DNA of 64,000 nucleotides from an uncultured Candidatus Saccharibacteria bacterium (GTDB lineage: Bacteria; Patescibacteriota; Minisyncoccia; Phycocordibacterales; UBA6899), in the NCBI GenBank assembly GCA_964469335.1, contig CAYXYK010000003.1:68671-132670 (forward strand), in the 5' to 3' direction. Shown here piece by piece: positions 59,064-64,000 of this stretch. Position 1 is the stretch's first letter. Each line of letters opens with the position of its first letter. A program made the position numbers and the translations under genes. The notes below the pieces were generated by a model, which was given only the letters and a program-made list of their open reading frames with translations, ran no database searches and was not told the origin of the DNA.

Positions 59064-60803
59064 TCAGTTCTGTGTACGCTCCGACACTTCCTTCGCGAGC
59101 CGCTGGAGGAAATCCTCAGATGCAAGACCTTCGAGCTTCGCGCCGTCACGGCATTCGATGGTGAGCGTGTCGCTCTCGCTCTCTTTGTCGCCTATGACGA
59201 CGACATATGGCACCTTCATCTCTTTTTGGGCGCGTATACGCTTGCCGAGACTGTTGTCTGATGCATCGCACACTGTGCGGATACCTGCCTGTTTGAGTTT
59301 CTTCTCGAGGACCAAACAGTATTCGACGTGTTTCTCCATGACGGGAATAACGGCGACCTGTGTCGGTGCGAGCCAGACGGGAAAGTTGCCTGCAGTATGT
59401 TCGATAAGGATCGAAAGGAAGCGTTCGATCGAACCCATAATTGCAGCATGGATCATGACGATGCGCTCGTTCTCTCCCTTCTCGTTCCGACAAGTGAGGT
59501 CGAAGCGTTCCGGCATATTGAGGTCGAGTTGGATGGTTGCGACTTGCCAGTTCCTGCCGATCGCGTCCTTTGCCATGAAGTCGAGCTTCGGTCCGTAGAA
59601 AGCAGCCTCGCCGATCCCTTCGAATGAGTCAGCTCCTTTTTCGTTCGCGATCTCCGTCAGCATGTTTTCGGCAAATGCCCAACGCTCTTTGTCACCGAGG
59701 TATTTCTCTGGAGTCTTGGGGTCATGCTTGGAGATACGAACGCGCAGGGTGAATCCGAACTTGCCGTAGAATTCATGGACGATATCCCAAATCTTGAGGA
59801 ATTCCTCCTTCGCCTGTGACATGCGACAAAAGACATGGGCATCGTCCTGAGTGAATGCGCGAACACGTGAGAGTCCAGAGAGTTCGCCGGTCTGTTCGTC
59901 GCGGTAGCACATGGTCGAATTCGCATAGCGCTGAGGAAGATCACGATAGCTCCACAGCTTGCGGGCGTAAATCTGCGTGTGGTGGGGGCAGTTCATTGGT
60001 TTCATGGCGAATTCGTGGCCGTCACGCGTAATGACCCGGAAGAGGTCATCTTTGTATTTGTCCCAGTGTCCGCTCTTCTCGTAGAGCTCTTTCTTGGTGA
60101 TGTGCGGAATCTCCACCTTCTCATACTCCCGCATTGCACGCAGTTCCCATACGAAGTTATCGAGTGTGTTCCGCAAGAGTGTACCCTTTGGCGTCCAGAG
60201 AGGGAGTCCAGGTCCGACGAGCTCTGAGAACGTGAAGAGATCGAGCTCTACACCGAGTTTCTTGTGGTCGCGTTTTTTCGCTTCTTCGAGCTGGAGGAGA
60301 TGTGCCTTGAGCGCGTCCTTCGACTCGAAGGCCATGCCGTAGATGCGAGTGAGCATCGGGTTCTTCTCGTCGCCGCGCCAATATGCGCCTGCGATACGGG
60401 TAAGGGTAAATCCGTCACCAGCGATCTCCCCGGTGTTCGCAACGTGTCCGCCCTTGCACAGGTCGGTGAACTCGCCGACGGTGTATGCAGTGAGGGTCTT
60501 ACCTTCTGCGGCGTACTCGTTCAAGAGTTCAAGTTTGAACGGCTGATCAGCGAACAGCTTTGCGCCTTCCTTCTGGTCGATCTCCCGTCCCGTCATTGGC
60601 AGCTTCTTGTTCACCAGTTTTTGCATCGCGCGTTCAAGTGACTTGAAGTCGTCTTGGGTCGGAACTTTGGTGAATTGGAAGTCGTAGTAGAAACCATCAT
60701 CAGTGGTCGGTCCGATGCCAAGTTTCACTTCCGGATCGAATTCCTTCGCCGCAGTCGCAAGGAGGTGGGCGAGCGTATGTCGAATCTGTTCTATGTCAGC
60801 CAT
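59064..60803 (-). CDS. thrS: Threonine--tRNA ligase (short form lacking N-terminal TGS domains)
   Basis: N2/editing-like N-terminus, class II catalytic core (HRDLPQRYA..., FHAxxxE), and anticodon-binding domain. Confidence 0.93.
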   Translation of the reverse strand: MADIEQIRHTLAHLLATAAKEFDPEVKLGIGPTTDDGFYYDFQFTKVPTQDDFKSLERAMQKLVNKKLPMTGREIDQKEGAKLFADQPFKLELLNEYAAEGKTLTAYTVGEFTDLCKGGHVANTGEIAGDGFTLTRIAGAYWRGDEKNPMLTRIYGMAFESKDALKAHLLQLEEAKKRDHKKLGVELDLFTFSELVGPGLPLWTPKGTLLRNTLDNFVWELRAMREYEKVEIPHITKKELYEKSGHWDKYKDDLFRVITRDGHEFAMKPMNCPHHTQIYARKLWSYRDLPQRYANSTMCYRDEQTGELSGLSRVRAFTQDDAHVFCRMSQAKEEFLKIWDIVHEFYGKFGFTLRVRISKHDPKTPEKYLGDKERWAFAENMLTEIANEKGADSFEGIGEAAFYGPKLDFMAKDAIGRNWQVATIQLDLNMPERFDLTCRNEKGENERIVMIHAAIMGSIERFLSILIEHTAGNFPVWLAPTQVAVIPVMEKHVEYCLVLEKKLKQAGIRTVCDASDNSLGKRIRAQKEMKVPYVVVIGDKESESDTLTIECRDGAKLEGLASEDFLQRLAKEVSERTQN

Positions 60804-61065
60804 GTGTGATGATTTAATTATTAGTAGAAATGAAAACGCCCTCGTGAAGATACGGCAGTGTTAGCCATATACTCACGAGGACGATTGAATATCGCGGTTC
60901 CACCTCGATTCTCCGCAGTATTCCGCGAAGCACTCATTCCGCTCGATTAGGGGATTTCCCGCTGGGCCTTCGGTTGGTAGCCGAAGCAATCTCGAGTGTT
61001 TTGAGTATACCTAGGGGGTGGAGAGCGGTCAACTGAGATGAATTTCACGTGAATTGCGACAAAAC
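60804..61065 (-). promoter_or_regulatory. T-box riboswitch-like leader of thrS (Thr specifier)
   Basis: The minus strand reads AAUCGAGGUGGAACCGCGAU (T-box consensus GGGUGGNACCGCG) at 60891-60910. A terminator (CCUCGUGA...UCACGAGG + GCGUUUUCAUUUC) lies between it and the ATG. A hairpin cuucgg-CUACCAA-ccgaagg has ACC followed by A in its loop. Confidence 0.65.
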
Positions 61066-61112
61066 ACGAAAGTGTATAGTTAAGTTAGTAGGAATAGCTA
61101 ACATAAAACACC

Positions 61113-61523
61113 ATGAGTAATACGCCAACGAAAGGATTCATCGTCGATATCGAAAAAGTCACCGAAGAGAACACCGACTATCGCCGGGTGGTTTTCACTG
61201 CAAAGAACATCCAGTTGGTGCTGATGAGTCTTCGTCCAGGAGAGGAGATAGGAGAGGAGACGCACCACCTCGATCAATTCATCCGCGTTGAAGAAGGGGA
61301 TGCGACCGTGTATCTCAACGATGAGGCATTCCCGCTCGGAGACGACCATGCGGTCATCGTCCCTGCCGGAGTGAAACATAATGTCGTGAACACCGGCGAT
61401 GAGGAACTCAAACTCTACTCACTCTACGCACCGCCTGAGCATAAAGATGGAACAATCCATCCAACAAAAGCCGATGAGAAAGAGGAGCATTTCGACGGCA
61501 CACTTTCTCCCGCGGCCCGGTAG
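61113..61523 (+). CDS. Cupin domain protein
   Basis: Two-motif cupin signature (GEEIGEETHHLDQFIRVEEG ... AVIVPAGVKHNVVN). Confidence 0.7.
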   Translation: MSNTPTKGFIVDIEKVTEENTDYRRVVFTAKNIQLVLMSLRPGEEIGEETHHLDQFIRVEEGDATVYLNDEAFPLGDDHAVIVPAGVKHNVVNTGDEELKLYSLYAPPEHKDGTIHPTKADEKEEHFDGTLSPAAR

Positions 61524-61542
61524 TGACGGACTCACATTCGCT

Positions 61543-62202
61543 ATGGCACCGCACCTCCTCCTAAAGTTCCTTATTGTATCGATCATGATCGGACTTCTGC
61601 TGTTCACCGGAATGGTACTACTCGCATTCCTCGTCATTAAGATGGGATCGAGTCGATTTCTGTACACTATCGATGCAGTTCCGCCTGCGCACACGGCGAT
61701 CGTTCTTGGTGCTGCGATCATGAAAGATGGGACGCCGACGCAGATATTCAAGGATCGGATCGATACCGCCGCAGCGCTGTATCGCGATGGGAAAGTGAAG
61801 AGCATCCTGATCACTGGAGATGACGGCTCGCGCACGCATAATGAAGTGAACCCGGCACGAGACTACCTCCTCTCCTTAGGTGTGCCGAGTGAAGCGATCT
61901 TCCTCGACCATGCCGGATTCGATACGTATAGCAGCATGTATCGCGCAAAAGAGGTTTTCTATGTCGGCTCTGCGATCATCTGTACGCAGTCGTTCCACTT
62001 GCCGCGTGCGGTGTTCATTGCAAGGCGTCTCGGTCTCGACGTATACGGCGTGGCATCGGATCAGCACGGATATTTTCTACGCAACAACTTCCGTGAACTC
62101 CTCGCAGATGTGAAAGCGGTGTTCAATCTCATCACGATGCGCGAACCGAAGTATCTCGGAGAGCCTATCCCTATCACAGGGGACAGTTCCAAGTCGATCT
62201 AG
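61543..62202 (+). CDS. SanA/YdcF-like (DUF218) membrane-anchored protein
   Basis: N-terminal TM then ILITGDDGSRTHNEVNPARDYLLSLGVP and HLPRA motifs of DUF218; start at MAPHLLLKF. Confidence 0.65.
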   Translation: MAPHLLLKFLIVSIMIGLLLFTGMVLLAFLVIKMGSSRFLYTIDAVPPAHTAIVLGAAIMKDGTPTQIFKDRIDTAAALYRDGKVKSILITGDDGSRTHNEVNPARDYLLSLGVPSEAIFLDHAGFDTYSSMYRAKEVFYVGSAIICTQSFHLPRAVFIARRLGLDVYGVASDQHGYFLRNNFRELLADVKAVFNLITMREPKYLGEPIPITGDSSKSI

Positions 62203-62429
62203 ACCAATGTGAAGTTGTCGACGGGAGTCGCATCCCATTTCCGTCGCATCTCCTCGCCCCATTTCTTCGGGTCTTTCTTGTGCTCTTGCTCCATTTTGTT
62301 CGCAAGGAGTTGATGCGAGTCCGTGACGTGAGTCGTCATCGACGCAACCATATCTCCCCACGTCGTAGTCGTGAATTTCTCGTCACATTCTCCTCCAAGT
62401 TCTCTGCAGGTCATAGTTTTCGTTTTCAT
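62199..62429 (-). CDS. DUF1059 family small protein (predicted metal-binding)
   Basis: MKTKTMTCRELGGECDEKF...KDPKKWGEEMRRKWDATP matches the DUF1059 consensus; the long ORF in the track is an upstream read-through. Confidence 0.65.
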   Translation of the reverse strand: MKTKTMTCRELGGECDEKFTTTTWGDMVASMTTHVTDSHQLLANKMEQEHKKDPKKWGEEMRRKWDATPVDNFTLV

Positions 62430-62504
62430 ATCGGTTGAGGCTAATTTGTAATAGTCGCTTAGTATACAAAGTGATGGTGAGCGTGAGATGAGTGTGAATG
62501 AAGG

Positions 62505-62540
62505 TGAAATGAAACCGCCCACACGAAGGTGGGCGGGGTT
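62505..62540 (-). terminator. Intrinsic terminator (minus strand)
   Basis: On the minus strand: AACCCCGCCCACC-TTCGT-GTGGGCGG followed by TTTCATTTCA. Confidence 0.6.
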
Positions 62541-62559
62541 CGGCCGGGGGGCCAGTGGG

Positions 62560-62781
62560 TCAGCGCGGCGCGCGGCTGTGCGTGCGGCGTTCGCGATTGC
62601 GACGACGCTTGGCAGCGACTTCGCAGATGATCCCGAACAGGACCGCGATCGGCATCGCGTAGACGAAGTAGACGCCGCCGGCGATGTTGTTGTGAACGCA
62701 GTACAGGCTGCCGAACACCAGTGCGACGAACACCCAGATGGCGATGACTGCGCCGCGGGTGAGTTTGGAATCATTGTCCAT
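62560..62781 (-). CDS. Small two-TM protein with Arg-rich C-terminal tail (hypothetical)
   Basis: 73 aa (MDNDSKLTRGAVIAIWVFVALVFGSLY...MPIAVLFGIICEVAAKRRRNRERR); SD GGAG 6 nt upstream; own promoter. Confidence 0.45.
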   Translation of the reverse strand: MDNDSKLTRGAVIAIWVFVALVFGSLYCVHNNIAGGVYFVYAMPIAVLFGIICEVAAKRRRNRERRTHSRAPR

Positions 62782-62818
62782 CGAGGTCTCCTTCAAAGAG
62801 CGGTTGAACGATGGGTAA

Positions 62819-62848
62819 ATGATAGCATAAAAATATATATTTGTCAAA
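62819..62848 (-). promoter_or_regulatory. Sigma70-type promoter TTGACA-N18-TATCAT (minus strand) driving the small TM protein
   Basis: The minus strand reads TTGACAAATATATATTTTTATGCTATCAT. Confidence 0.55.
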
Positions 62849-62861
62849 CATATGGAGCAGT

Positions 62862-62905
62862 AAAAAACCGCTGCATTCGGCCATGGATTGGCGCTTCGGC
62901 AGCGG
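62862..62905 (-). terminator. Intrinsic terminator directly after the RT stop codon (minus strand)
   Basis: CCGCTGC ... GCAGCGG stem followed by TTTTTT on the minus strand. Confidence 0.6.
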
Positions 62906-64000
62906 TTAACGTTGTTTTCTTTTTTTCTTGTAGTCCTTGCGGTACGGTTCCGACACGCGTTCGAATTCCTTGCACAAGGCGAAGGTCTTCGCATCGGTGC
63001 GGGTAGGAGCGATCACTTGTTTGTAATAGTGAAGAAACTCTGCGATGATGCCGCGGATCACCTCGGGCGAATCGTTCCACAGCTCCTTGGTAAGGTAGCT
63101 TTGGATGATGCCATGGATGCGGCGACGTTTCTTCTGCGGGAAGACCAATACCGCTTGTCTCGCTTCGCTGCGTTCATCCGAGTCCTCACGCATTCCGACC
63201 TTGGTCACGAACACCGTTCCCATGTGACGAGAGCGAACCGTGCTCTTTCGGTGATTTACTGCGAATCCGGCATCAGCGATGAACTGGCGTATCTCTTGGC
63301 GCATGAAGAACGGGATCGGGATGCCGCGCGAGAATACCAGATCGTCGACATAGCGGGTGTATGTCACGGTGCGCTCGGGTGCCTTGCGGTCGAGCTTCTT
63401 GAAGAAGAACGTGCGTAGGCGCGAGTCGAGGAACACTTCACAGTACAGGTTCAGCAGCATCGGGGAGAGCGGCCCTCCGACCGCGAGTCCTTTGCCGTGC
63501 ATCCCGCCGAATGCGAATGCGACGAAACTTTGCATGCGTGGGAAAAGCGGGTCAGAGCGGAGCGCGAAGTGCGCAAGCTCATTGCGGGCAAACTGGTCTA
63601 CGGAATAGAAGACGCCGTACTCCTCATGGCGGAAGATGAAGGTGAGGAGGAGCGACAGCCGTTCAAGATCGACGGAAGGATACGCATGAGCGAAGTCGGT
63701 GGTGTAGAAGAATTCACCTTGCGTATGCTTCTCCGAGTTCTTCATCGGGTTCGACTTCTTCACACAGCCGGTCGCGGAGGGGAGGATGCGCAGCCACTTG
63801 CCGTCGTCTCCCATCGCTTCGAGCTGGTGACGCAGGAACGTTTCGAACAAGTGATGCAGTTTGCGCATCGCACCATTCGGGTGTCCTATCAATCTGCGCT
63901 TGCCGCGCAGTTTGTTGGGGGGCTTCACTCCCTTTTTCTCTTTCGGGTCACCCCATCTGAAATTGAAATCAGGCACACCGCTCACTTCCGAGAGCAGTGT
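62906..64000 (-). CDS. Reverse transcriptase, retron-type/standalone bacterial RT (N-terminus runs off the window)
   Basis: RT motif A (YTTDFAHAYPSVD), motif B' (GLAVGGPLSPMLLNLY), motif C (YTRYVDDLVFS); a retron-like NxxKS...FVTKVG region follows YVDD; the frame is open to the window edge. Confidence 0.78.
   Translation of the reverse strand, partial: TLLSEVSGVPDFNFRWGDPKEKKGVKPPNKLRGKRRLIGHPNGAMRKLHHLFETFLRHQLEAMGDDGKWLRILPSATGCVKKSNPMKNSEKHTQGEFFYTTDFAHAYPSVDLERLSLLLTFIFRHEEYGVFYSVDQFARNELAHFALRSDPLFPRMQSFVAFAFGGMHGKGLAVGGPLSPMLLNLYCEVFLDSRLRTFFFKKLDRKAPERTVTYTRYVDDLVFSRGIPIPFFMRQEIRQFIADAGFAVNHRKSTVRSRHMGTVFVTKVGMREDSDERSEARQAVLVFPQKKRRRIHGIIQSYLTKELWNDSPEVIRGIIAEFLHYYKQVIAPTRTDAKTFALCKEFERVSEPYRKDYKKKRKQR

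Noticed and set aside
62888-63608. Plus-strand ORFs (62888-63418, 63357-63608 and others) overlapping the RT gene
   Set aside because: They lie antisense to a reading frame that carries unmistakable RT motifs A/B'/C. The region is GC-rich, which inflates spurious ORF lengths. No RBS or promoter context was found.

Overview
This 64-kb window reads as a contiguous stretch of a small, reduced bacterial genome. The features below suggest a CPR/Patescibacteria-like organism, which is an inference from gene content, not a database result. Transketolase is split into two adjacent genes, PheS, PheT and ThrS are short forms, and fructose-bisphosphate aldolase is class I. GatB and a divergent PurA-like gene are present, and there are large FN3/proline-rich surface proteins. 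GC is roughly 50% by eye, with visibly GC-richer islands. The standard code is in use: TGA and TAG act as stops and RF1 is present.

Most of the window is core housekeeping: murB, secA, obg, lexA, mutY-like, gatB, gap, rpiB, rpe, tkt, fba, rplY, rpmE, prfA, rpsB-tsf, pheST, gyrB and thrS. One tRNA-Thr(UGU) lies on the minus strand.

Observations beyond plain annotation:
(1) A T-box-type leader sits upstream of thrS. Its T-box sequence is GGUGGAACCGCG, its UGGA bulge matches the U73 discriminator of the tRNA-Thr in this window, and a 7-nt loop contains ACC followed by A.
(2) A ~95-nt structured element occurs twice, right after the stop codons of bcp and gyrB. The two copies differ by compensatory base changes that keep a nested hairpin intact.
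(3) A GC-rich island at the 3' edge carries a retron-type reverse transcriptase (YVDD; runs off the window). Next to it is a tiny two-TM protein with its own near-perfect sigma70 promoter, and a DUF1059 gene follows.
(4) A two-gene minus-strand module between pheT and gyrB is flanked by two copies of an identical 23-nt terminator hairpin.
(5) Many genes have a TATAAT-like box 6-12 nt before the start codon, which suggests widespread leaderless or near-leaderless mRNAs.
(6) A 22-codon lysine/alanine micro-ORF sits in front of a perfect 22-bp hairpin, and Bcp carries a matching K-rich N-terminal tail.
(7) A gene cluster encodes anchored surface proteins, one with a 17-proline linker and C-terminal multi-TM plus carboxypeptidase-regulatory-like domains.

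No CRISPR array, rRNA or obvious transposase was seen. All calls are from reading the sequence and the ORF track; no searches were run.
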